This document shows positions 1 through 12,290 of a stretch of 64,000 bases of DNA, in pieces. The translations under genes and the position numbers were made by a program. Source of the DNA: Trichoplax adhaerens (taxonomy: Eukaryota; Animalia; Placozoa); assembly GCF_000150275.1 (NCBI RefSeq), contig NW_002060945.1, forward strand, positions 11,872 through 75,871, given 5' to 3'. Position 1 is the stretch's first letter. Every line of letters starts with the position of its first letter. Under the pieces are notes generated by a model, which saw only the letters and a program-made list of their open reading frames with translations, searched no databases and was not told the DNA's origin.

Positions 1-1113
1 AGTTTATGAGCCCGGAAACTAATCTCTTTACGTCAATGACGATCATTCCTTGCTGTAGGCTTTTATTTGGCTATTAATAGGAACTGTTTAACTTAAGAGT
101 TATCCATGTCGCAAGCTATTCTAATGGGAATTAGCTCGCATGAATGAAGAAAAAACTAATTAATTATACTGTAAAACTTTCGCGACTGTGTTTTAGAATA
201 GATAGATACTGTAGTTTGTACCATTAGCATCTAAATATTGATGATCACATATAGCTGCTAGAATGAGAATCTTTCATTAAATTACTACGATAATGATGTG
301 GTTTCTTAATCCCCTCGACAACAACAAAAAAGTTACAACTTAATCAGGACAAGCTCCGGTTAATCTTACGATTGGATAAGCTTAACTGTACTTGCTAGGT
401 GGTAAAATTAATGATTGTTCGTAGCCGATGGCTGATTGTTAGTGAAAACTGGTTGTCAAGCTTTAAATGATGAGAATGAATTGGAAAGCAAATATAATAA
501 ATGGAAGTTTTTATTGATCAGCATATTTAGCAATAGTCGCATTGTTGTAAAGATTGTTTGATTATATATGATTTCTATTTAAATTTTTTTGAGAAAGGGA
601 TTTAGTATTATTCCCAAAGGAATAAAGCACTGTCAGTTTAGTTCTGATGTTGCCTTGATCTTTATATTTTAGTATAAAAGAAATGTTGTCGCGAATAATC
701 ATTAAAATATGTGTATCGTTACACTAATACACCAAGTCCGAACCGTAGCGTAATGTCCTACCTGATAATTCGTTGTAATTATAATAGATAAGTTATAAGT
801 TCTAATAATCATAGATTGCAAATTATCAACATGTTATGTTATCAAAATGCCTGTCTGCGTGGTGTCTAGGAATTGAGTCAACTTCAATATCTGTATAGTA
901 CGACGTTGCTAAGTTCCAAACGATCCGTTACTATTACAGCTAGAATCTTATAAAAAGGAAAGTCTTAAGACCTCTTCGGCATTACTTTACACGATCATTC
1001 AATGACTGTGCTAATGTATGTACAGTACAACCTCCAATAAAGTCAATTAATTAGTAGCAAAGCGCGAGCTGCATTTTATGAAAAGTATCACTAGTCAACC
1101 TCAAGATCCACCA

Positions 1114-1577
1114 CAAGGGGGAGGGGGTACCTTGTTATTGTACAAGGTATAGCTACATGAATTACTATCAATTAGGTGGCCAACTACATTATGATCATAA
1201 TTTTATATCTAATTTAATTTAATCTAATTCAAGGGGGCACCCTGTTATTCTACTGTACAAGGTATAGTTACATGAATTACTATCAATTAGGTGGGCTGGT
1301 ATTATGATCTTAATTTTATATCTAATTTAATAGTAAATTTAAACTAATTCAAAGGGGGGTACCCTGTTATTCTACTATACTGTACAAGGTATAGCTATAT
1401 GAATTACTATCAATTAGGTGGGCTGGTATTATGATCATAATTTTATATCTAATTTAATAGTAAATTTTAACTAATTCAAAGGGGGTGCCCTGTGATTCTA
1501 CTGTACAAGCTATAGCTACATGAATTACTCTCCATTAGTTGGCCTGGTATTATGATCATAATTTTATATCTAATTTG
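1114..1577. repeat. Tandem repeat, 4 copies of a ~116-127 bp unit
   Basis: Unit CAA(A)GGGGG.ACC.TGTTATT..TGTACAAGGTATAGCTACATGAATTACTATCAATTAGGTGG...ATTATGATCATAATTTTATATCTAATTT starts at about 1114, 1230, 1350 and 1477. Confidence 0.95.
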
Positions 1578-1766
1578 ACCTATTTTATATCTATCAGTTG
1601 AGCAGTTGCAAAGGGAAAAGGTGGTAAAAGTGATTTCCATCGAAGCTGTAGAAAGTGCAAATGATTTTGACTTCCACTCTCTTGCATCTAGCGATGTACA
1701 CTTACATTTAGCTGTCCCCGAATTTTGACTAAATGTTTTAACCATTTAGTTAAAATCTTGAAGAGT

Positions 1767-2030
1767 CTACAGTACTGTACAGTACATCGCTAGCAGACTA
1801 CAGTGTACAGTACAGTACTGTACAGTACAGCACATCGCTAGCAGACTACAGTACAGTGTACAGTACAGTACAGTACAGCACAGTCCAGTACATAGTACTG
1901 GACTTATAGAAGGCACTGTAGGCTGTCTACTGGATTCATTATACTGTACAGTACTGTATTAGACAGTGTGCAGTACACTAATGTACACTCAGTGTACAGT
2001 ACTGTACAGTACGGTACAGTACACTAACAC
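1767..2030. repeat. TACAG/GTAC-rich low-complexity island
   Basis: Dense TACAG, CAGTA and palindromic TACTGTACAGTA words, plus a duplicated ACATCGCTAGCAGACTACAGT. Lies about 600 bp upstream of the ATG at 2640. Confidence 0.85.
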
Positions 2031-2639
2031 AGTCATTCTCTCGCTGCTCCGCTGATCGAGTCATCGTGGCGCTCTAAATCTTGCTTTCATGATGTGCTCG
2101 CTCGATTTGCCTTTATAATATTATCCAACATCAAACTGTTATTGGATTCACGCTTGTGCTGTGTAAGTGATCTTGAATCGGATAGATACTCTACGTGCAA
2201 TCATGAATTCACACTCATTTGATAGTAGTACTAGCTGTAGTCATCGTGTCATGACCGAGTGAGTCTTTTACTATTACTATAATCTGCACTATTCTTACAG
2301 CCTGTGCCACATTACTATGCTAGGGTATTACTGGTGTTGCCTCTCTTATTATAGATAAATATTATTATCAACATTTTAATATCGTATTATCGCTGTTGTT
2401 ATTATTATTATTTTAGTGCTGGTGCTTTCAATTTCAAATGACGAAACGTGCTCAAATCTTATCCTATCGTCTAGTTGTAGCCTTGACTGTTTACTATTGA
2501 ACGTTATTGACACTTTAAATTGCGTTACCCTCACCCTCGAAAGATCTCACATTGGCCATTCATTGCATGGGTTTGCGTTTCTATCCAGCGCGACAGAGGT
2601 CTACATCGTACTTTTTTTAATAGGCCCATACGGTTTGCC

Positions 2640-4908
2640 ATGACTAACTATCTAACGCGATTGCTGAAGAAAATGCAGCCTGTCAGATCCATTTGCAGGT
2701 TAGCAAGTTTTATTGCTGTTCCAGTTTGTAGCGCTAGTTGAACATGCTTGTGGGATCCTACAACGCGGACTGGCCGCATTTTGCTACAATAAAGTTGCAC
2801 CGGCTGCCGTAGCACTGTATCATAAAGCGAAATCAAGACACGTTTTTGTCTACATCATCAACCATGATGGCTATAACAGGAGACTATTGAACGAAGTGAT
2901 ACTATCTCACACTAAATTAAATCATGCTATACCGTACTTAATTCTAATAATTAATCTGCGTAGTGTTGAATCACAATCTTTGTGTCCTTACCATGACATA
3001 ATTTCTCAAGGAGCTTCTGAAAAGGCATGAGTTAAATCTAAGTGAACATAGAGCAAGCATGTCTTAAAGATTAATTAATTTTTGGTATGGTTATCGAACT
3101 GGCAACTGTAGTAAAGTAACATGTAATCAATTAACCAATGTAAAAAGTCCTACTCTTTTTATGAGTACAAATAAAAATTTATGATTGCATGATGTAATTT
3201 GGTATGTGGATGCAGTTACTGGTGGGAAGATCCATTTGTTACCATATGAACAATGATAAATAACTACTAATTTTTATCTAATTTTATCGTGTCTTATTCT
3301 CTTGATTGTTATTATGTAATAACACTAACATCTCGTATTTGTGCTCTAGTCATAGCGCCAATATTACGCAATTAACTCATACTCACACTAATACCGCAAA
3401 AATTATTAGTGTAGAAGGTAACATTGGAGCTGGAAAGACTACGTTAGCGAATAATATTGGTGAAATTCTTGGATACAAAGTATTCTACGAACCAGTTAAC
3501 CAAAATCCTTACCTTGCAAAATTTTACGAAAGTCCAAAGGATTATGCATTCAAGCTGCAATTGTGGATCTATCGACAACGCTTCTTGATTTATTGCAATG
3601 CACTACAACATTATTTATCCACAGGTATAAAATAGCTTAGATAATCCTTTTTAATAAATAATTCATTTAACCATGCTAACGTATCTCCAAACACTACTAG
3701 CTAATTCGTTTGCTATAACGTTGCAGGACAAGGGGTTATCTTAGATCGATCTGTTTACAGCGATAGAGTCTTTGCCAAAACTGGAAATAACGATGGATTT
3801 ATATCATCAACCGAGTATGATCAATATGAATTGTTACGCCAACAGTTATTAAATAGAGTTATTCCTCCCCATTTATTGGTCTATCTTCATGTTTCACCGA
3901 CTGATTGTCTTGAAAGAGTGCGAAAGCGTGGTCGAGTAAGTACTTAGCGTTAGTGCAGGATCTACTGTACTGTTGTACTCATTATAAATAAATACATGTA
4001 AACTGCATTTTTATAATACTACATAGTAAACTAGAGAATTGACGATTAATTACATCTTATTATCAATTGATAAATTATAGATATACGAGAAAAGTATATC
4101 CACCTCTTACCTGCAGAAATTGGAAGATGAATTCGATAATTTTGTAGAAGAAATGAGGTTTTTCGCTCATATTTTCTTTTATTATTGCAATAATTTAGTG
4201 TTCAAATTTAAAGTGAGTCAATGTCATTCCTTGAATATACTAAATATCTAATTAGCAATGTTCTTGTAGACGCAGTGGCGTTAGCGTTTACTGGTACGAT
4301 TGGTCAAAATATGGAAATATCGAAAAGGTACTGCATCAATTTCTTAAGTCAGTGTTTGTGGTCGTGCTCTAATGAGGTAACTTAAACACTAAGAATGTTT
4401 CGTGTACCAATTTTTTTACAGATTATTGCCGACATAAATCGGCAAGATTCGACCGTTGAAAATTCTAAAAATATAAATGAAGTCAAGAAGTTTATCTGTA
4501 ATCGGGAAGAAATATTATCAATACTACATCCATATGAAATTGCTAATCTAAATGTAAGTTAAGTTTCAATATTATAATTCATTGTCGATAATAATATTGA
4601 CTGTATAGAAATTGAGCAGTCTTGAACTATTTTATAAGATCGAAAGTCCTGCTTACGTAAATGTAGGTTACTCAGTTTCATACACCCTCCAGTATTAGCA
4701 CGTCTTACAGCGACGTATACATTCCCACTCAGATAACCAATAACACTGTCATTCTCACTGCCCAAAGCAATATGTACTATAATTAGTGAATTCTTGTCTA
4801 TTTACAATCTTAAGTACTTATCGATTGGAATTATTTTACTATTTGTTAAAGGATGAAATTGATCAAAAAGCTGAATTAGATTATTGGTTACGGGAGCAGA
4901 TACAATAA
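2640..4908 (+). CDS. NDUFA10-like / deoxynucleoside kinase family protein, 7 exons, 288 aa, probable mitochondrial presequence
   Basis: Phase-consistent GT-AG exons 2640-2698, 3350-3624, 3727-3935, 4081-4157, 4270-4327, 4422-4553, 4852-4908 (867 nt). Motifs: P-loop SVEGNIGAGKTT, YEPV, LQLWIYRQRF, HYLSTGQGVILDRSVYSDRVF, PPHLLVYL, lid RVRKRGRIYE. N-terminus MTNYLTRLLKKMQPVRSIC is basic and acid-free. First and last exons are less certain. Confidence 0.88.
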
Positions 4909-6452
4909 TGTTATCGTATATAATATACGATACTACACTCCTATCTGTACGTATTTCAGACAGAATAGAGTACAACATTCATAATACTGTTAATGTTGAA
5001 TATTTATTTCAGAGCTAACTTATGTAATATTTATATGGATAAACGTATCTTAAAGTAGCGATCCTATCTGTAATTTTTGAGATGATCCGTTATGTAAGAA
5101 GTTTTTCTTATACAGTTGTATGCTGTCATCAAATTTAGAACTCAGTAGTTTTATGAACATTAATTACCACTTAATCCAAGGTGTAACGCTGCTTATATTT
5201 TTAACAAATTGTAAATTATCGATTTCGATTTAAAAGTATATACGTTATTTATACGCTCACTAAACACACGTTAGATGCGAAGAAAAATTTTTACAATGCA
5301 GAATGTACGTATATCAAAGATTTATATTTGCTTTAAATTTATCCATAATTTCGTTACAAGTTTGAAACTTTATCTTTAATAATGATACAGCGTGATAATA
5401 TTAAGTTATCCCCTGGAGTATGAGCGTGATGTAAGGGCACTTTAAACTGCGATTGACTAGTGATAGACTGTAATGGCTAAAATTTTTGAATACAGTGTTT
5501 AACGTTATTACAATACAGTTATACGGCAGTTAACTTTATCATTACTAGGGGTCGAAACGTACAAAAAATCCCTAATATTATATTTAAGATTATTTTTATC
5601 ATTACTCGTGCTATGCGAGTATAATGGTAATATATAGTTTTACTAGATAATCACAAGAACTTTTTTATTATTACATGTTTTATCAGTATTATTGATAAGT
5701 GGTGTAGAACAAAGTTTTTTAATGCCTGATATCATAGATATTTTTTCATAGATTGATCAATCTTAACCATTATTAAAAAGAACAAGATCAGTATTATCAA
5801 CCATTGTTGTAAGATATCGACAGCACGTACGGTTGTTTCTCAAAAGTTACATTTAATAATAAAAATCGTAAATGGAATATTGATAATGGACCATTAAACA
5901 TTGACACAAAAATGCTGCATTGCCAGTATACGAGGCAACACATGATAATATCACTCGACAAAGATGGACAATTTTACTTATCAGAGGATACAATAATTAT
6001 TAGTGTAATATTCAATAATACACGTTGTTAACCTTGCTGTTAGTGGCAACATAAATTATTTCTTAAGTTGGACTTTACAATAATTTACTATTGAACTGGA
6101 AGCTAAATTACAATGGCTTAAAATATTACCATTATACCATAGCGTTAAATCAATTAGTTTCTCCTTTGATAAGTGCTATCCGACAAACATAGGTATCATA
6201 CAAAGAGATTGCTAGGCAATTTTTTAGCAGTAGACTGTCAAATTAGTATAGTAGTCTACGCAATTCCAACAATGCTGATAGGATTTAGTTAATTTGTACA
6301 TACAGTAGTTTAACAAGTTATCATTTAAAATAGTACAATTTACATTTTACAGGTGGTGTGTACAGTACAGTATGTATCATTATCATTGAAACTAGAAGAT
6401 TTTTGCACGCACCTATTAGTCAGCTGATTGCAGTCAATGTTACTTCTCATTT

Positions 6453-7487
6453 CTAGTAAACCTTTAATCCAGTCTCTGCTAGCTGTAGTAAGTGCTTCTG
6501 TTTCTGATAAGTACCTATACCATGTTCAGCAAGTCGTAGGTTAACTTCTGCAACAGTGAATCGATGTTTCTTTGGTAATTCAGGGTGATAAAAATGAAAT
6601 CTTCTATTATTAGCAACCGTTCTGATACCAGCATGTTGTGCTAATATACCTACATAAACATCATCCAACATGGGTATCTTTTTGACAGCGCTGACATAAG
6701 CCATTAGAGAGTGCAATGTTTTAATTGGCATCACATAGGCAAAGCCAGAGCAGTAAGGCGGGAAGCGAAGATAAGGGTAATGATCGTAGGATACAAAATA
6801 TTTGCCTTTTTTACTGCGGCAAGGAATACGATTATTAAGTGCTACACGGCCAATCATAGTATTCTGATACAACGGATTTATCTTTACCAATTCCAGGTAC
6901 TCCAAAAATCGATAACTATTAATGAAGATGTCATCGTCGCCTTTAAAGTAGAAATCGCTATTTGAACAATAAACACGAATCCAATCCATGCCAGCTAATG
7001 TTTTCTCAGTCAGATTTTTATAGCTTTCATAAATGTCTACAACGATTATATCGTTATACATTAGTGCCTCTTCTATGACAGCATTGTCGGTTTTTTCATT
7101 GTTGGCTTTACCAACAATGAATAAAACACGCCACTTGTGCTTGATTTTGCTTGGGGGTAAAATATTACTGGTATTGCCCCAAGTTTGACGAATTGCATTG
7201 CGTCGTACAATATGACCAGGAGCGCTATTAATTAAAATGGTTAAAAATGTCGAATCTAAACAAGGCGTTGTACTAAAATTCCTTTGTAAGTAGCGATCAA
7301 TAATACTCATTTCTTCTGTTCTGCTGAAAATATTGAAAATGGAAAACCTGGATGGTTTTTTGTTTTTCGATTCCTTACTTCGAGCATGCTGGCTAGAAAG
7401 CCAATGGACGTTAGTATAATAAAAAAAGAAGCCATTCAAAAGCGTAATTATTATAATCCAATTACACCAAGAACGTATTCTCGGCAT
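6453..7487 (-). CDS. GT31 beta-1,3-glycosyltransferase, B3GNT-like (paralog 1); intronless CDS, type II membrane protein
   Basis: First ATG at 7487 (MPRIRSW...) followed by a TM segment. Motifs RRNAIRQTWG, YKNLTEKT, YFKGDDDIFIN, PPYCSGFAY, DDVYVG. A splice acceptor TATTTCAG lies 8 nt before the ATG. Confidence 0.93.
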   Translation of the reverse strand: MPRIRSWCNWIIIITLLNGFFFYYTNVHWLSSQHARSKESKNKKPSRFSIFNIFSRTEEMSIIDRYLQRNFSTTPCLDSTFLTILINSAPGHIVRRNAIRQTWGNTSNILPPSKIKHKWRVLFIVGKANNEKTDNAVIEEALMYNDIIVVDIYESYKNLTEKTLAGMDWIRVYCSNSDFYFKGDDDIFINSYRFLEYLELVKINPLYQNTMIGRVALNNRIPCRSKKGKYFVSYDHYPYLRFPPYCSGFAYVMPIKTLHSLMAYVSAVKKIPMLDDVYVGILAQHAGIRTVANNRRFHFYHPELPKKHRFTVAEVNLRLAEHGIGTYQKQKHLLQLAETGLKVY

Positions 7488-10400
7488 GCTGTAGTCTGAA
7501 ATAGGATTGGTCTCTGCAATCGGTCTTAATTGATACGGCAAAAATAGGAATAATGGAATTACCCTTTAACATTTCATGATGATGATCAGCGTTGTTTTAC
7601 ACTTACAATTCATGACCTACATAGAAATGAAAAAATTTCTTTTAAGTTACAGCTTTTCCATTACGTATAAAAGATTTTATGAGACTACTATTTTAAGTCT
7701 TTGTCGTGTCTATTTGGGCTATAATTTTATACATATAATAGCATCAATGATCACTCTAGAGGAAGTGAATTAACAATAAAGTAGAGAAGAATTAGTCGAA
7801 CAGATCGACGCTGTGACGACGATCAGTCTTGACTTTTTTAATTCGATAAAACAGTTTTTACATCTTTTTGTCCAATTTTTAAATATTATTTGAATAATTA
7901 ATGACATTATTTCTTGTAGTGTTAATGTAATACTAAGTCAAAAATTGAATACTGTCTAGTTTGCAATATCCAGTGCAGTTATCAGTAATTCTTTATCGAT
8001 GAAACTAGACTGCTCGATATCACTGGTATACTAAGACTGTCATCAACCACTTTCAGAAGGTATACAATATTTGCAATAGCAACATCAAAATTAAATATCA
8101 AGGTTAATGATTGTTATAAAATCTTTCAATCAATCTTCTTCTTTGGAGATTTTGAATACCTCTGTTTAAGTCATAAATTTGTAAAAGCAAACTCATTGGC
8201 AGACAGTAAGGCTGTGAGAAAACATCACGGACAATCACAGATCGTTGGTGGACTTTCAGTTCAAAATTGAAGATAATTGCATATAATATATCGCGCTGTT
8301 GTCTGTATTGAGTCTTCAAAGTACCGTATGCATTCTAAACAAGGTTATTCACAAATTAATTATTTAGGCCGATGTCGCATTACTGTAGGTAAAGCACTGT
8401 TAAAAAAACGCCAACTATAGCTATTGATTTGAAAGGTATTGTCTAGACTTGCGATATTGGAAGAAGAGTTTTCGCAATCTGGCAGTTTCAGAATGATTAC
8501 TTCCATTATAATTATTACTAAATCAATAGAAACAGTAGACGATATCATTCTAAGTCAGTAGAGTACAGTAGTAATGAATAATATTTCATTTTATTGTTCT
8601 GTAGAACAAGTCGTTCCGGTCTAATTTTCTGACAAGGAATAAAAATGCAGTTACCACAGTCTGTACAGTAGCGTAATGACAAGAAATGAGAACAAGTCGT
8701 TTTTCATTTTGTTTTAAATTATAACTAGTAGGTAAGCCGCTCGCTACGCTCAGATCGGTGTTGTTCATCCAGTTTCTTTATTGGTATGATATACTGTACG
8801 ACGTATACTGCACGCTTATAATTAATTTATAATTATACGTTCAAGCTAGTAATGCTCTAAGATTTCAATAGCTTGATTGTTATAAAATTGGGTGATATTC
8901 GTTTAGATAGGTCGATCATTTTGTTTTTCTATAGAGTAGTAGTACTTCAACTATGAATTGATCAAGTTGTAAAGCTGTTACTATTATATGAGTAGAATTA
9001 TTATACCAATAAGGAAATTTCAATTTTAAATTTACTTTGGCGCATAAAGTAGATCAAGCAAAGAGTAGTCCTGTAGAGTACTGTACCTAAACTCGTCTGC
9101 AGGAGTGGAGAGACCTCATTGCTAAAATTACTTGCAACTTCTGACATCTACTGTAATCTTCTGAGTTTGCCTACAGTTACAATTATTGTAATTTCGACTT
9201 CTATCACAGTTTAGATCATTGCATGAAGCAAATGTAGATATTGCATTCTAGAAATCTTACTCTCTCCGTAAAAATTAATTGGAATGATTGGTTTCGACCA
9301 TTTTACACTTTCTGACAGTAGAGGTGTACGTATATCCTTGATGGCCTTTTGTCATCCATTCACTCAGTACAGTGTTATCAGCAGACTGCAGTATACTCAC
9401 GTTTTCCAGCCAAGGTCAATTTTTCGATAGCTATTCCAATGGAGGAAGCGTTAATTGCGAAGATACTGTAATTAGCCAGGATAAATTCACATTTCCTATT
9501 TCCTTAATCACTTCGAGTTGGCTGTTATCCTTATTTTTATCATAGCGACAAGTCGCTTGTTCCAGTTAAGAGGAGCAAAAGTGGTGACGTAGCCTCCACG
9601 ATTAAGATTAGATTAACTAACTGTACAGTAGATAGATTTACTGTAATCATCAATTTCAAATGGTATCTGATTGGCTGCATCGTATCAATACGAGGGGACT
9701 CTTTTCCATACGATTTTGCAATCAAAAGTCTGAGTAACTGCAGCACAGAGGGACGGAAACCGCCATTGATGGGCAAAAGACGAGACTAATTGCGTTAACA
9801 ATTAATTACTAGTATTATTATGATTATGATTATTCTTGGCAGTTATTTTATTGGAAGAATTTGCAAATTGCAACCGTATACCGATCGCACTGTACGCTAC
9901 TGGATACGGTAAACAACAGTAATAGAATGATCGAAAGATATTTCCGCTACCGCATAGTGTTGCCTTAAATTCTATTTTTAATTTGTAAGGTGTTATATGA
10001 AGTCTTTAATGACAATATTCATAATAATTCCTATAACTTTAAAAGGATACTTTTATATTATGTGCGCCAGGAGTTTCTGACGAGACTATAAAAGGCTGGT
10101 GCCTGAAGATTCCTTTCTAGTTAGTTAGTCGGTTAGATAGTCAACTAGTTTTTCAATTGATATTTAATTGTTAAGACTGTAATCTTGGGTGCCGAGATTT
10201 TTTCAGTATTAAATGATAGTAAATCTCTGACTTTCTCGTCTACACTATCTGTGACGCTATAATTATACCATAGTATTCGGTCGTTGGAACTGAATTATTT
10301 GGTGATATAGCTAATCTCGCCTCTTTAAGTTAGTAAGTGGCGTTCTCCGCAAGGATTGGCGTGTGTAGACTACTTTGTCACTAGTGGTGTGTGACAATTT

Positions 10401-10996
10401 TTAAGGACTTTCAATTTGGCTCAAATTTCATGCAGACAGCTCAGTATAACCTTGAGCAATTTGACTCTTGATGTTTTGATTACTTACTTACTTTTTATTG
10501 CAGTATTGAGTAATTTTATTTCTTTCAAATTTCTAATACCAACTATCAGTCACTGGTACCACCATTACGGTGGTCGGTCTAACTAGAGACCCTCTACTGT
10601 AGGTCTAAACCATGTTCCAAGTCACGTCGTAATATTGGCCTGATCAGAGAAATGTCCGTGACAGGAAATTCTCCTCGGATTGACGGACTTTTCTTATCAG
10701 ATGCTTCTTTGTATTACTGTAGAAACATGAACCAAATAACAGTGGTACAGAGGGCGGTGCACTGCAGTAGCGTACGTAAGTTGATCAGTGTTGTTCTACA
10801 GCAACTGTTGATAGGACTAGCTTGAATAATTTTATTCTATACGGTATGTATAATTTGATCGGCCAATTTAGGAAGTATGATGAGCAGACAGTTAGGCTAG
10901 TTTTGATACAAATTTGCCAATTTGAATTACAATTATTTCATCTACGATATACTATACAGTACAGCGTATTAAGTCAGTATTTGACAGACTTCTACT

Positions 10997-11033
10997 ATGG
11001 ACTACCAAATCGACGCAGATTTTGGTAGTCCAT
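10997..11033. repeat. Short hairpin/palindromic element ATGGACTACCAAA...TTTGGTAGTCCAT
   Basis: 13-bp perfect inverted arms with an 11-nt loop. Same termini as the hairpins at 30372 and 30610. Confidence 0.7.
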
Positions 11034-12290
11034 GATTGCAGGATGACGAGCTTTTTGGGAGAAATTGGAGAGGGGGACATTCTTACTTGAAAGGGCTATC
11101 CAATTGCACTGACTATTAACAATCAATAACTGCCGTGAGATTGTTAGTATTTCTTGCACTGACTACTAGTAACTGTTTCGTTGATCCAATTGTTACAAAT
11201 GTCTGATCTATCTTGCAACAGTACGTAGAAAGATTCTAGCCTATAAAAGAGTATCCAAACATCCATCATGCGGGCATACGAGCTTTTCATGGCCAACAAG
11301 GTGTTGGCGATATCGTAAGCTTCCATCGAATCTCGTTAAAAACAACAACTGATAAATTTCGAACAATTTATCTTCATGATAGACTTCCTTTACTATCCTA
11401 TTTCAGACATAAACCATTTCTGAAACGATCAGTTAGATATAGTTGCAGTATCAACGGAATTGTAAAAATATGATGATATATGTAATGTACATTTATACAG
11501 AAATAGGCACTTAAAATTTTTAGCGCAGTTTAACAACGTGATAATAAAATAAATTTTTAAATTGTTGCTTAATCACCATTTCCTATAGGAGTATATGATT
11601 AAAGCTTACCGTTCTGATAACTTACAAATTGACACACAATGATAAAAGATGTTTCTGATTAAATAATATTAGTCAAGTACAGCCATTCCTAAGGTTAGTA
11701 ACTTGTACCTTATAACAGAATAGATAATATAGCAGTACGAGGTAGGCAGTTTTACCTATGTCATGGAACGCAAATAATTTCAAAATTTCGAACTTCATTG
11801 AAAGAGCTAATATCGCACGATTGATACAGTATACCTAACTGTATCTAACGCGTAAACTGGTTGCATTAAATTTAGTTCTAAGTGATGATATTCCATTATA
11901 TTACAGAAAAACTATAACTTACCGTCAAAAATTAAGATATAATATTGTAATATCATATCTATATCAAAACGAACAATCCACACTATCTACTTTGTAGCAT
12001 CTTGCTATAATAGATACGATACTAAAGCATCGATAATAGATAGGGTAGAGATAAATAATCCTATTGTCGTTGTGAATAGTATTAAGCGATCGTCCATTAT
12101 CAATATGTAACGGGCGTTAACTATAATACAGGGCATAATTTAGCAAATGCCGTTCTCTTGCAACTAATCACAGCCTTTACACATCAAGAAAGTTGTAATA
12201 GCAAATTAACTTGGTTCCATCATTAGAAAGCAATTTCCATCTTGATATCTACAATGAGAGTGCGATGAAGTTCATTTCTATCAAGATTAA

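Noticed and set aside
1114-1577. Regularly spaced repeats here and at 33.9 kb and 63.1 kb considered as CRISPR-like arrays
   Set aside because: Whole units are duplicated with no unique spacers, the context is eukaryotic, and no cas genes are present.
8104-11326. Short ORFs and isolated splice signals between paralogs 1 and 2
   Set aside because: No recognisable motifs and no phase-consistent exon chain. Some, such as the minus-strand GTGAGT donor near 9400, may be 5' UTR exons of paralog 1.
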